A program made the position numbers and the translations under genes. From positions 89,246 through 153,245 of the forward strand of contig JBMFSQ010000005.1 in assembly GCA_049967475.1 (NCBI GenBank): 64,000 nt of DNA. The letters are read 5' to 3'. This document shows positions 52,134-62,545 of this stretch, in pieces. Under the pieces are notes generated by a model that saw only the letters and a program-made list of their open reading frames with translations, had not been told where the DNA came from and ran no database searches. Origin of the DNA: Chthonomonadales bacterium (lineage in GTDB: Bacteria > Armatimonadota > Chthonomonadetes > Chthonomonadales > CAJBBX01). Numbering within the stretch: the stretch's first letter is position 1; every line of letters begins with the position of its first letter.

Positions 52134-52979
52134 TCAGTGCTCGTGCTCATGCTCGCCTGCGTGGTAATGCACGTGCGTATGCGCCGCATCCCCATGGCGG
52201 TGAAAGTGAGCGTGCAGGAGGTTGGTGCGAAGGAGCAACGCTTCATCTTGAAGGATCTGTGGTACGGTTCCCTCGGCCTGCAGCGTATGGTCCTCACCCA
52301 GAACCACAGCGCGCCGGGCCAGATGAGGCACCAGTTCGAGATGGTGGGTGGAGAGTACGATGGTCTTTCCCGCCTCAGCCAGCGCCCAAAGCGTGTCCAC
52401 CAGCCAGCTTTGACTGCGGGGATCCAGTCCTGCGGTAGGTTCATCCAACAGTAGCGCGTCTGGGTTCATCACCAGTACGGATGCGATGGCTACCCGCTTC
52501 TTCTCTCCTCCCGACAGATGGTATGGAGCGCGATCTAGAAGATGCCGGATGTTCAGCATCCGAGCAACATCCTCAATCCGCTGAAGAACGTCTTCCTCTC
52601 CCAGTTCCATCTGCAAAGGTCCGAAGGCTATCTCCCCACGGACTGTTGAGCAGAAGAGCTGGGCATCGGGGTTCTGAAAGACAAAGCCCACGCGCGCGCG
52701 GAAGCGTCGGGCTGCACCTTCATCACGCAAGGTGCGCTCATTGATTTCCTCACCGAATGCCCTCACCCGGCCTGAAGACGGCGACAACAACCCATTGAGG
52801 ATCTTGAGCAGCGTGGACTTGCCGCTTCCGTTGGCGCCCAGTATCGCCATCTGCTCCCCGCGCTGCACCGACAAAGACACATTCCGCAGCGCCGCCGCAC
52901 CGCCTGGATAATGGTACGACACGTCCTCCAGTTCAAAGGCCGTGTCCGTGGCTACCGGTTGTGCTGTCTTTGCCGTCAT
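52134..52979 (-). CDS. cbiO: ECF Ni/Co transporter ATPase (CbiO/NikO) with His-rich tail
   Basis: GANGSGKST, FQNPDAQLF, LSGGEKKRVAIA, DEPTAGLDP. Confidence 0.92.
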   Translation of the reverse strand: MTAKTAQPVATDTAFELEDVSYHYPGGAAALRNVSLSVQRGEQMAILGANGSGKSTLLKILNGLLSPSSGRVRAFGEEINERTLRDEGAARRFRARVGFVFQNPDAQLFCSTVRGEIAFGPLQMELGEEDVLQRIEDVARMLNIRHLLDRAPYHLSGGEKKRVAIASVLVMNPDALLLDEPTAGLDPRSQSWLVDTLWALAEAGKTIVLSTHHLELVPHLARRAVVLGEDHTLQAEGTVPQILQDEALLLRTNLLHAHFHRHGDAAHTHVHYHAGEHEHEH

Positions 52980-54904
52980 CCTATCCAACGCTCCAGTGCA
53001 ACGGCTGTTACGGCAACACTCACGAAAAGCGCCAACACCGCCGCGTCCCGCAAAGAAGTGGTCTTTGAATTGGGAAGCGACCGAACCGTTCCGTCCCATC
53101 CGCGGGACACCATAGCCATGTGCACTTCGTCAGTCAACGCCATTGATTTGCCGAACAGCACCCCGGCCGTGCTTCCCAACATCCTGCGGCGCGTCCCCAG
53201 CGAGAGGCGGCCGATTGTGCGGCTACGACGCGCTTCAAACATATCTGTAGCGATCTGCAGAAGTACAGCCAGGTACCGATAGGTGACGGCCAACACCAGC
53301 CCAACAGACCTCGGAAGGCGAAACACCTGAAGGGCTGCCAGAAGCTCCATCCACGGAGTTGTGAACGTAAGCAGCGTGACGAACGTCATTGCTACCCCCA
53401 CGCGGAACGCGAAGAGCGCAACACCCAAAAGGCCGGGAACCGTCAGCGTCACAGTAGGATCCTGAGCGTGGAGCACGACGGCAGCACGGCCTGGCGTCAC
53501 GAGGTTGAGCGCCGATGGAAGCACCACGAGGCCCGAGAAGAGGCCCACCCCAATCCATACCCGCATCACCAACCGGGCCACCGGGATCTTGGAAAGGACG
53601 GCGAGCACCATTGCCGCACCATAGAGTACCAAAAGGGACTTCCAGGTGTGAAGAAGAGAGGCGCTGATCACGCAAACGAGGGTACCTACCAATTTGGGTT
53701 CTGCCCGAACCGACTGCAGGAAGCCGTTCCGACGCGCCCACTCCTCAGTGAGGATCGCATCTCGCAGCGCCTCCGCCATCGAGGCCAGCGTCCTCTCCAG
53801 GTACCGGCCGGCCGGCAAAACAATGCGGAGACGGGGTGGGCCTTCCGCCTTCCGGGAGTGCTCGAGGAGCCATCCAGGTAGTTGGCCGTCGGGAACGGCC
53901 ACAGCCTGCTGCCGCTGGGGACGCGGTGCAGGTGCTGCGAGATGCCACAAGAGCTGGATGCAGCCGATGATCAAGATTGCCCCTATGGCTCCGGCGACGA
54001 TATAAAAAATGGGCCCCCGGTCACTCAGATAATCGGGCAAGAGCCCCTTCCATCCATGGGCCTCGAGAGCAGCCATGCGTGCAGGCGTGTACCCCACGCG
54101 GCGGGCGATCTCCTGCGCCGACCATTCTCCCCATGCTTCCCCGCGAGCCAGCAACCCGAGCGGCGCCAACGCGAGCAGGGACACAAGTGCGATACCCAGT
54201 GCTTCCATCCGCTTCTGCGTGCGGCCTCCGGCATCTGCGCCATACAGGGGCAATCCCCATCGCTGCGCTGAAGCCACGGCAAACGCAGTCACAGCAGCCT
54301 CCGCCACCCCGGCCACAGCCAAATGGGGAAGCAAAAGCGCCGGCACTGTAATCGCCAAAGGGAACGGGAAGTAGAGCGCCCTGCCCGCCGCATCATGAAA
54401 GAATGAGGGCTGGATGCCCAGAAGAACTGCGGTGGTGAGTGCTGCCGCGTTGAGCCCCACGTAAGCCCCAGCACCCGCTGCGATGGCTCTGCGAGCGGAG
54501 GCCGGCTGGGACGCACCGGCGATCGCCCGGTATAGTGTAAAGCCGGTGAAGGGCATCACCAGCGCCATAGTAAAACAATTGGCGCCAAGAGCAAGGATGC
54601 CGCCATCTGCAAAGAAGATCGCCTGGATCGCCAGCGCAACCGTAACACCCAGTGTGGCTGCCCAAGGTCCCAGCAAAACCGCCAGCAACACCGCCCCTAC
54701 CGGATGGACCGTGGTGCCACCCGGTACAGGAATATTGAACATCATGAGGGTGAAGCAGAAGGCTGCTCCAATGGAGAGCAGGGGAATTGTTCGAGTGCTT
54801 TGCTCCCGGCGTATCCGGCTGGCGGCCGCAAGCCAAGCCGGGGTCATTGCGGCTCCGGCGGCAGCCGATGTTACAGGGCTTATGGCTCCGTCCGGAATAT
54901 GCAT
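52976..54904 (-). CDS. Fused NikM/CbiM + NikN-like + CbiQ/NikQ ECF transporter
   Basis: MHIPDG N-terminus, ADGG, GEAWGEW..LPDY, then T-component (YRYL, EARRSR, MVSRG) in one frame. Confidence 0.88.
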   Translation of the reverse strand: MHIPDGAISPVTSAAAGAAMTPAWLAAASRIRREQSTRTIPLLSIGAAFCFTLMMFNIPVPGGTTVHPVGAVLLAVLLGPWAATLGVTVALAIQAIFFADGGILALGANCFTMALVMPFTGFTLYRAIAGASQPASARRAIAAGAGAYVGLNAAALTTAVLLGIQPSFFHDAAGRALYFPFPLAITVPALLLPHLAVAGVAEAAVTAFAVASAQRWGLPLYGADAGGRTQKRMEALGIALVSLLALAPLGLLARGEAWGEWSAQEIARRVGYTPARMAALEAHGWKGLLPDYLSDRGPIFYIVAGAIGAILIIGCIQLLWHLAAPAPRPQRQQAVAVPDGQLPGWLLEHSRKAEGPPRLRIVLPAGRYLERTLASMAEALRDAILTEEWARRNGFLQSVRAEPKLVGTLVCVISASLLHTWKSLLVLYGAAMVLAVLSKIPVARLVMRVWIGVGLFSGLVVLPSALNLVTPGRAAVVLHAQDPTVTLTVPGLLGVALFAFRVGVAMTFVTLLTFTTPWMELLAALQVFRLPRSVGLVLAVTYRYLAVLLQIATDMFEARRSRTIGRLSLGTRRRMLGSTAGVLFGKSMALTDEVHMAMVSRGWDGTVRSLPNSKTTSLRDAAVLALFVSVAVTAVALERWIG

Positions 54905-54932
54905 CGAGAAGCCGTTTGCAAGGCAGTACGCG

Positions 54933-55793
54933 TCAGCCCTTGAGGGCTTCTGCGCCCCCTACGATCTCTGAGATCTCTTTGGTAATCCCAGCCTGCCTGG
55001 CCCGGTTGAGCGAAAGCGTCAAGGTGGAGATCATCTTGCCGGCGTTGTCTGTGGCCGAACTCATAGAGGTCATCCGTGCGCCATGCTCACTGGCCACCGA
55101 CTCGAGCAGTGCCTGATGGATCTGGGTCACCACGTATTGAGGGAGGAGCTGGCCCAAGAGCACCCCCGGTTGCGGCTCGAAAATATAGTCTGGCGGCAGC
55201 TCTACGGCCTCAGCTTGGGGAGGTTCGATCGGCAAGACCTTCAACACCGTGGGCCGCTGCGTAAGGGCGGATTGGAAGCGCGTATAGATTACGTACAGCT
55301 CGTCTATCCCACCGGTTACGAACTGCTTCTGCAGGCGATTGGCGATATCCATCGCCTCTCCCAGCCCGGCAGCATTCTCGTTGATGACGAAGGCTTCCGC
55401 CAGGGTATATCCGCGCCGACGGAAGAAAGCCTGGCCCTTCTTTCCCACTACGTACAACCGTACCGTGGAAGGATCCAGGCTGGAGAGGAAGTCCTGGGCT
55501 CGACGAATGACCGCGGCATTGTACGAACCCGCCAGCCCGCGGTTCGCCGTGATCAAGAGGACCCCCGTGTGCTTTACGGGCCTGCGCTCCAGCAGCGGAT
55601 GTTCTACGCTGCCTGCTGCGCGGGCCAGATCCTCCATCACTTGCCGCATCTTCTGGGAATAGGGCCGAGACGACTGCACACGCTCCTGGGCACGTTTGAG
55701 CCGTGCGGCAGCAACCATCTTCATCGCCTTGGTGATCTGCTGGATGTTCTTGGCGACACGAATGCGCGACCGGATCTGCCGCATCGTAGCCAT
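54933..55793 (-). CDS. atpG: F1 ATP synthase gamma subunit
   Basis: QITKAMKMVAAA, RGLAGSYN, SEHGARMTSM, NRARQAGITKEISEIVGGA. Confidence 0.98.
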   Translation of the reverse strand: MATMRQIRSRIRVAKNIQQITKAMKMVAAARLKRAQERVQSSRPYSQKMRQVMEDLARAAGSVEHPLLERRPVKHTGVLLITANRGLAGSYNAAVIRRAQDFLSSLDPSTVRLYVVGKKGQAFFRRRGYTLAEAFVINENAAGLGEAMDIANRLQKQFVTGGIDELYVIYTRFQSALTQRPTVLKVLPIEPPQAEAVELPPDYIFEPQPGVLLGQLLPQYVVTQIHQALLESVASEHGARMTSMSSATDNAGKMISTLTLSLNRARQAGITKEISEIVGGAEALKG

Positions 55794-55951
55794 GGGCCAT
55801 TCCTCTCCTCATCCGCATAGCTAGAGATTGCGGCATCAGTATACCCGTTCTCCGCCTTCCCAAACGAATTGCTGCGTTGGGAAGGAATCGCCGCACCACG
55901 GGAGGAAGAAACAAGAGTGAGATTACTCTTGTGCCGAGGGATCAATCCTTC

Positions 55952-57196
55952 ATGCATCGTGTGTTTGTTGCGCTTTTCTGTGCATTCATTCTCGCTGGAG
56001 GGCAGGCTGCCATGGCCCAATGGGCACCAAAGGAATTCCCTATCAGCTTCTGGTGCGGCCCGCCGCCGCGCTTCGTGTCACCGGAGCGCTTCAAACAGGT
56101 AGCCGCGGCAGGTTTCAACCTGGCAATGCCTGCATGCGAGGGCCCTCACACGCCGGATGTCAATCTGCGCATACTGGATGCGTGCAAGGCAGCCGGTATC
56201 AAAGCGTTTGTGATGGACCAGCGCATGCCTCAACGGGTCACCGGTGAACCCGACGCCCGAGCCCGCCTGGATGCCATCGTGAAGGATTACGGGCACCACC
56301 CGGCGCTGGCAGGTTATTTCATTACCGATGAGCCGGGCGCCAATGCCTTCGACGGCCTCGCCGAAGTTGTCCGGTACCTGCGCGAAAAGGATCCTGCCCA
56401 TCCTGCCTATATCAACCTGTTTCCGAATTATGCCTCCCCCCAACAGCTCGACGCCGCCACCTACGAGGAATACCTCAACCGCTTCATCCGAACCGTCCAT
56501 CCCTTCGTGGTGAGCTACGATCATTACCATTTCCTCAAGGGCAGCGACCGACCCGGCTTCTTCGCCAACCTGAACCAGGTGCGCGAAGCGGCTCAAGATG
56601 CGAACCTCCCTTTTTGGCAGATCGTCTTGGCTGTACCCCATCTGAATTACCGACCGCTTACTGAGGCTGAGAAGCGCTGGGAAGCCATGCATACCTTGGC
56701 GTATGGCGGAAAGGGGCTCATGTACTTCACCTACTGGACGCCAAGCGGCAATCCTTCCGAATGGGGACCAGCGATCATCAGCTATGACGGCACCCCCACG
56801 CCGCAATACGACGAGGTGCGCCGCATCAATGCCGACGTGCGCGCCATTGGGCGGTATCTTCTGAACTCCGTGTTCGTTACCGTTTTTCAGAACGGACCTC
56901 TTTCTCCGGGAGGCACGGCCCGCCAACCCGGTACTCCTGTAGCTTTTCGCGATCAATCCGAGGTTACGGCAGGACTATTCCGGGCAGACACGCACCTCTA
57001 CACGCTGCTGGTCAACCGCAACTATAAGGCAGCCGTCACCACCGAAGCGCTGTTCTCGTGCGGGAGCCACCGCGTGCAGCATCTGGACCGAGGCACCGGC
57101 AGATGGATCGAGGTGAAGGGCACCCGAACCGCCGATGGAGATCTGAGCGTACTGGTGACCCTTGCTCCAGGAGACGGGGAGTTGTACCGCTGGTAA
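55952..57196 (+). CDS. Secreted glycoside-hydrolase-like (TIM barrel) hypothetical protein
   Basis: Signal peptide; HPALAGYFITDEP, YINLFP, SYDHY, LAYGGKGLMYF. Confidence 0.7.
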   Translation: MHRVFVALFCAFILAGGQAAMAQWAPKEFPISFWCGPPPRFVSPERFKQVAAAGFNLAMPACEGPHTPDVNLRILDACKAAGIKAFVMDQRMPQRVTGEPDARARLDAIVKDYGHHPALAGYFITDEPGANAFDGLAEVVRYLREKDPAHPAYINLFPNYASPQQLDAATYEEYLNRFIRTVHPFVVSYDHYHFLKGSDRPGFFANLNQVREAAQDANLPFWQIVLAVPHLNYRPLTEAEKRWEAMHTLAYGGKGLMYFTYWTPSGNPSEWGPAIISYDGTPTPQYDEVRRINADVRAIGRYLLNSVFVTVFQNGPLSPGGTARQPGTPVAFRDQSEVTAGLFRADTHLYTLLVNRNYKAAVTTEALFSCGSHRVQHLDRGTGRWIEVKGTRTADGDLSVLVTLAPGDGELYRW

Positions 57197-57410
57197 CACA
57201 ACGCGGTTTCCTGATGCCGGGTTTGAGAAAGCGGGCAGGAAGTTCGGCCCGACACGTCAAAATGAAGGCAGATGAGTATGGGACCCCTGGCCCCACTGGA
57301 TGCGCTCGGCATTCTTCACCGGATTGTCCCAGCTCGTGTGCACTTGCCGTGAGCTTCGCAACAACGGACAGAAGCTCGTGGTGAATTCACGAACCTAAGG
57401 AGGATGCGAC

Positions 57411-57914
57411 GTGAAACGATTTGGTTGGGCTCTGGGCTGCGCCTTCGTGCTGGCCCTGACTGCATCGGTACCGGCAGCCGCCCAAAGCGTGGACAGCGAC
57501 CTGGGCACCAACTGGAACCTTCGGGCCGGCTTCTTCGTTCCGGAGCGATCCAATGCCCGCGCCGCCGAAGGGGATATTTGGTTGACCGTAGGTGCGGAAC
57601 GCGCCTTCTATCAAACGGATCGGTGGGCAGCCACAACGAGCATTGACTACTACGGCTCCGGGCGGCTCTACAACGTGCCGATCACCATCAATCTGGTCGG
57701 CAATACCAAGGGCATGCGCTTCGGCACAGGTGCCGGCATCGGTATCTCGCACGATTTCGAACAGGGCATCCTCGGTTTTACGGCAAACGTCCTGCTGGGA
57801 TACCAGCTTGCCACTGGAGGCAGCAAGATCTCCTTCGACGTGCGCTACCATTATCTAAGCACAGGCCACGGCCAACTGAACGGCTGGGGGTTCACCTTCG
57901 GCTTCCAGTTCTAG
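57411..57914 (+). CDS. Small outer-membrane beta-barrel protein
   Basis: Signal peptide, alternating amphipathic strands, C-terminal FGFQF; AAGGAGG RBS. Confidence 0.8.
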   Translation: MKRFGWALGCAFVLALTASVPAAAQSVDSDLGTNWNLRAGFFVPERSNARAAEGDIWLTVGAERAFYQTDRWAATTSIDYYGSGRLYNVPITINLVGNTKGMRFGTGAGIGISHDFEQGILGFTANVLLGYQLATGGSKISFDVRYHYLSTGHGQLNGWGFTFGFQF

Positions 57915-57983
57915 CCCCACCCCATGGTGCAGCCGAGGCGACGGGAATGATGCAACGCCGCCTCGGTTGCCTGAATTTACGCT

Positions 57984-59405
57984 ATGCGTCGGTACCGCAG
58001 TTACATAGCGGGATCGTGGCGGCCCGCCGAGGAGTATCGCCCAATCATCAACCCGTTTGACGGTGCGGTTGTGGCGGAATGTGCGGTCACCTCGCCGGAT
58101 CAATTGGCGCAGGCCATGGAAGCGGCCCAGCGCGGCTTCGACACCATGCGCACTATGCCTGCTTTCCGGCGCAAGCAACTTCTTTTGCGGCTGCTGGATG
58201 CTCTCAGGGAACGGCGCGAGTACTTCGCACGCATCATCGTTGAGGAAGCAGGCAAACCGATATCGGATGCCCGCGCGGAAGTCGAGCGCGCCTTGAATGT
58301 TCTGGAGCTGGGCGCTGAGGAGACTGCGCGCATCGGCGGCGAACTGATCCCGCTGGACCGCAACCCAACCTCTGCGGGAACCTTTGCAGTGACCCGGAGA
58401 TACCCGCTGGGTCCCGTGGCGGCGATTACGCCGTTCAACTTTCCGCTGAACCTAGGGATGCACAAAATTGTGCCCGCGCTGGCGGCAGGCAATAGCGTCG
58501 TTTGGAAGCCGTCGCCCGTGGCGCCAGGCCCCGCCTTTGAATTCGCTTCCCTCGCCCATGAAGCAGGGCTGCCGCCCGGCTCTCTCAACGTGGTCACGCC
58601 TTCCGACGACACAGCTCCATTGCTCGTCACCGATGAGCGCATGCGCCTCCTTTCCTTTACCGGCAGCGCCGCTGTAGGATGGCGCCTAAGAAGCCTCGCC
58701 GGCCGCAAACGTGTGGTATTGGAGCTGGGCGGCGCCGCTGCGGCCATCGTAACAGCCCGCTGTGACCTGGAGCATGCTGTGGAGCGATGCCTGTATGGAG
58801 CCTTCGCCTATAGCGGGCAGATCTGCATCTCGGTGCAGCGCCTTTTCATCGAAAACAGCGTCTACCGCCCCTTCCTGGAACGCTTCCTTGCCGGCGCCCA
58901 GGCATTGACGGTGGGAGACCCTGCAAGTGAGGACACGCGCATCGGCCCGCTCATCAGCGACGCCGCCGCAGAACGCATCGAAAGATGGATTGCCGAAGCA
59001 ACGGCCGAAGGCGCCAAAGTGTTGGCCGGCGGCACTCGTTCCGGGCGGGTGTTCCACCCAACCGTCATCGAGGGAGCCTCGCCCCAAATGAAGGTCTTCA
59101 GCGAGGAGGTTTTTGGCCCCGTCGTAACGGTAGCGCCTTTCTCCAGCCTGGACGATGCGCTGGATTTGGTGAACCGAACACCGTGGGGCCTCCAAGCCGG
59201 CATCTTCACCAACGACCTGGATGCTGCGCTTCGGGCCTTCGAGGCCCTGGAGGTGGGATCGGTGATTGTCAACGACGTGCCCACGTACCGGTCGGATGCC
59301 ATGCCTTACGGGGGCGAGAAGGCAAGCGGTCTCGGCCGCGAAGGCGTGCGCTATGCCATTGAGGCCATGACCGCGCTCCGAACACTTGTGCTTCGCCGTG
59401 CGTAG
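57984..59405 (+). CDS. Aldehyde dehydrogenase family protein
   Basis: ITPFNFP, FTGS, LELGG, GQICIS, EEVFGP, PYGGEKASG. Confidence 0.95.
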   Translation: MRRYRSYIAGSWRPAEEYRPIINPFDGAVVAECAVTSPDQLAQAMEAAQRGFDTMRTMPAFRRKQLLLRLLDALRERREYFARIIVEEAGKPISDARAEVERALNVLELGAEETARIGGELIPLDRNPTSAGTFAVTRRYPLGPVAAITPFNFPLNLGMHKIVPALAAGNSVVWKPSPVAPGPAFEFASLAHEAGLPPGSLNVVTPSDDTAPLLVTDERMRLLSFTGSAAVGWRLRSLAGRKRVVLELGGAAAAIVTARCDLEHAVERCLYGAFAYSGQICISVQRLFIENSVYRPFLERFLAGAQALTVGDPASEDTRIGPLISDAAAERIERWIAEATAEGAKVLAGGTRSGRVFHPTVIEGASPQMKVFSEEVFGPVVTVAPFSSLDDALDLVNRTPWGLQAGIFTNDLDAALRAFEALEVGSVIVNDVPTYRSDAMPYGGEKASGLGREGVRYAIEAMTALRTLVLRRA

Positions 59406-59470
59406 CTACGGCGCGGAGCCCCAGAGCGATCCGGATAGATTACGGGGGCGGTTCGGTTGGTGCGGCTCCC

Positions 59471-60868
59471 TCACTGCTCCGGAACCCAGATCCGGAAAGC
59501 CTCAGCCGGCGCGTCGCAATCTCTCAGGTGCTTCACCAAGAGCCCGCGCATCTCCCTCACCACGTCCGCGTGCGCTGCCGCCACATTCCGTTCGGCCAAC
59601 GCATCATTGGCCAAATCGTAGAGTTCTTCGGCGCCCTGTGCGCCCACCGGAGCATATCCCCATTTCTCCGTCACGACAAAGGGCGTGGAGGCCTTGGCAG
59701 GCACCTGCTGCATCCCCGATCCTGCGAAGGAACCTGCCACCGCAAACTGCCGGTGCGTTCCGTGCCCCTCGCGTACGACGGACGCGAAGGATCGGCCATG
59801 CAAGGGATCGGGAGGCTCAACGCGCACCTCTGCAAGATCGCACAGGGTCGGCAGAATGTCTGCCGGCTGAGCAAACGTGCGGATGCCTGTCCCTTTCGGA
59901 ACGTTCGGAGCCGCCACAAAGAAAGGAACATGGCTCAGCTCCGGGTAGAGGGGCCAGTGGCGCCTGTCGGCACTGTGCAGATTGCTCTTCCCCGTCCGCC
60001 CATGTTCCCCTAGAGACATGCCGTGGTCGCTGGTGACTACTACAACGGACCGGTCCCATAGCTCGAGATCGTCCACTTTTTGAAGGACGCGCCCGATCCA
60101 CCGGTCTACAAGCTCCGCCTCTGCTGCATAATGGGCCCGCAGATTGCGCAGCTCCTGGGGAGTGTAAACATCCGACGGACCGTAGTTGGGGTGGATCATG
60201 GGCGTGCCGGCATATTCCGGGTCATACCGACGGACCAGGTACTCGGGAGGGTCCCAGGGCTCGTGGGGATCAAAGAAGTCCACCCAAAGGAAGAAGGGCT
60301 CGGCCTTGTAGTTCTCTTCGAGCCAGCGGACGGCCGTTTCTGCCGTGCGGTGCGGGAACGTGTCTGCTTCACATTTGGGATAGCGGTTTGTCCAGCGATG
60401 AGTGTCGGCGAGGGTTTTTCCGCGGTAGAGCGGCGCAGTGCGGGTTTTGCTGTGGTCCATGACCTCTACGATGGGATCATTCAAGTGCAGGAGCGGCCGG
60501 TCGCCTTCCTGCCCTCGATGTTGCCATGCCGCCTCAAAACCTTGGTCGAAGCGCGCCGGGAACAGGTGCGGGCAATCGCAGATGAGTTGCGTTGCATATC
60601 CGGCCCTGCCGAGGAGCCGGGCAATGTGATTGCGCCCGCTTAGGTCAAGGGGCTGCCAACCGTAATGCGGCCAACCTGTGCGGCCCGTGGCAAGATCCGT
60701 GCGGTGAGGGATGGTGGGGAAACTGCCTGTGTAGAACCCGTGGACCTCCGTAGCGTAGGCCGCAGCAAAACGGTCAAGCTGGGGAGTTCTTGTGCCGATA
60801 GCGGGATTGCGGCCTGTGAGGTTATCGTACCGGTACGTGTCGGTAATGATCAGAATGATGTTCCGCAT
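59471..60868 (-). CDS. Sulfatase-like hydrolase (alkaline phosphatase superfamily)
   Basis: DTYRYD, TIPHR, FDPHEPW, SDHG, ELYDL..D. Confidence 0.88.
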   Translation of the reverse strand: MRNIILIITDTYRYDNLTGRNPAIGTRTPQLDRFAAAYATEVHGFYTGSFPTIPHRTDLATGRTGWPHYGWQPLDLSGRNHIARLLGRAGYATQLICDCPHLFPARFDQGFEAAWQHRGQEGDRPLLHLNDPIVEVMDHSKTRTAPLYRGKTLADTHRWTNRYPKCEADTFPHRTAETAVRWLEENYKAEPFFLWVDFFDPHEPWDPPEYLVRRYDPEYAGTPMIHPNYGPSDVYTPQELRNLRAHYAAEAELVDRWIGRVLQKVDDLELWDRSVVVVTSDHGMSLGEHGRTGKSNLHSADRRHWPLYPELSHVPFFVAAPNVPKGTGIRTFAQPADILPTLCDLAEVRVEPPDPLHGRSFASVVREGHGTHRQFAVAGSFAGSGMQQVPAKASTPFVVTEKWGYAPVGAQGAEELYDLANDALAERNVAAAHADVVREMRGLLVKHLRDCDAPAEAFRIWVPEQ

Positions 60869-61122
60869 GACAATCCTCCTTCCCGCGCCGGCCGCCGGGA
60901 TCTGCTGAACAAATCCGCACCGCTCGCCGGCATGCAGTCTGCCAGCGGCGTCACCTCATCATAGGAGGATTGCCTTCGGATGTCAAGCCTGGTACGCGTG
61001 TTGCGCTGCGGCCTGAGAAAAAGACTGTGTCCGAGACGGGGCATCCGCCGGCCGCGACCTGGCTGCAGGGATGCGCAGGCGGTCGGGGCGGAAGGCGAGG
61101 CCCATTCCGCCCCTCACAGCCG

Positions 61123-61311
61123 TCAGTCGGGAGATGGTTGGCCGGGCTTCGATCCCCCCGTGTTCCCAGGGATCGCCGTCTTGGGACCGTTGGGCCCCGG
61201 TGGAGGCGGCGGCGCCTCCTCCTTCTTGGCACAGCCGACCAACAAGACGGCAGCCAACGGAAGTACTGCCAAACATGCCGCCACAGATCTGCGGCCGATG
61301 GATCTGAGCAT
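61123..61311 (-). CDS. Small Pro-rich lipoprotein
   Basis: LLVGC lipobox; follows the prepilin-type gene. Confidence 0.75.
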   Translation of the reverse strand: MLRSIGRRSVAACLAVLPLAAVLLVGCAKKEEAPPPPPGPNGPKTAIPGNTGGSKPGQPSPD

Positions 61312-61368
61312 GGATGCTATCCTTCCCTGTGAATTGGATGGTGCGGCCCCGCCGTCGGGCAGCGCCGT

Positions 61369-62205
61369 TTAGCCCTCCGGCTCATAGATGGGCCGGAACA
61401 GCCATGGAGCACATCCGTCCCACCATAGGTACTGCACAGTGCCGTCGGGATTGTAGGTGAAGGGGTCCGTGCGCCAATCTCCTGAACCAAGCTTGCGCCA
61501 CTTCACGTGGCCGTCTACAAACGCCCAGTTCTGGCCGCCGCTATAAACCTGGATGCGGCCTTGGTAGGGCCCGAAGAGTGTGCCGAAATATCCGCTGCCG
61601 CACGGCTGATAGGCAAAGGGCCACGGAACAGTGGTGTTGGCGGCGGGCACACCATCGTTGATGCCGGAGCCTTTGAAGGCAACCTTGCCCAACCCGTTCC
61701 ACAACAACGGGCAGGTGGCTGGGGATTTCACCTGGGAGATCACCGAGGCGCCCAAGATCCCGTTGAACGTGTATGAAATGTTGGTGGGATTGGCCCCAGG
61801 TACGAACGTGATCTGGCCCGGGAACTGCTCCACTACGTCGCCGTTGGGCGTTTGCCACACGCCGTAGTTCTTGATGTAAGGATAGGTGACGTTCGCGCCC
61901 TGTGTCAGATACCAGCCATCCCATGGGGGAGCGGTGCGCCCCTGGACAATGTTCCAAGGGCAAAAATACACGTTGTAGAAGCGCGTCGGGCTCTGTACGG
62001 GGAGCGGGAATGTTTCGTCGTAATCCTGCACGTACATCAGGTACGCCGTCGCAATCTGCTTTTCGTTGGACTGATCGGTGGATTGCCGGGCCTTCTCCCT
62101 CGCCTGAGCAAAGACGGGGAACAGGATGGCTGCGAGTATCGCAATGATCGCGATGACTACTAGCAGCTCGATCAGCGTGAACCCACTGCGGAAGGGTCTC
62201 TTCAT
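61369..62205 (-). CDS. Prepilin-type N-methylation / DUF1559 / H-X9-DG-like protein
   Basis: [51 protein letters not shown]. Confidence 0.93.
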   Translation of the reverse strand: MKRPFRSGFTLIELLVVIAIIAILAAILFPVFAQAREKARQSTDQSNEKQIATAYLMYVQDYDETFPLPVQSPTRFYNVYFCPWNIVQGRTAPPWDGWYLTQGANVTYPYIKNYGVWQTPNGDVVEQFPGQITFVPGANPTNISYTFNGILGASVISQVKSPATCPLLWNGLGKVAFKGSGINDGVPAANTTVPWPFAYQPCGSGYFGTLFGPYQGRIQVYSGGQNWAFVDGHVKWRKLGSGDWRTDPFTYNPDGTVQYLWWDGCAPWLFRPIYEPEG

Positions 62206-62449
62206 GACGATGCCTCCTTCTAATCTTCTGGCGTTGCGCAGCGCCGACCGGCAGGCAAACGGAAACCGACCGATCGGAACCGGCGCATCAAGGAGACGCA
62301 GGGGAAAGACCGCTTCAGGATGCCCAGAGGGACGGCGCCTCGAGACGCAAGAACCTGGCAGATCGCTCTCCTCATTGATGCTGCTGTTCGGCTCAGCTGC
62401 AGGTCAACTTCCACACCTTTGTGACCGGAGCGTCGCTGCTGTCATATCA

Positions 62450-62476
62450 GACGGCCCAACCCTGCAATTGGTTGCA
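62450..62476 (-). promoter_or_regulatory. Putative ECF-type promoter
   Basis: TGCAAC-N17-CGTC on the minus strand. Confidence 0.4.
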
Positions 62477-62545
62477 CGGTTACAGGCCAACAAGACCTTT
62501 GCATCGCGCACCAAACAGCCCGTGAACGCGCTCTTAGGCCGATTG

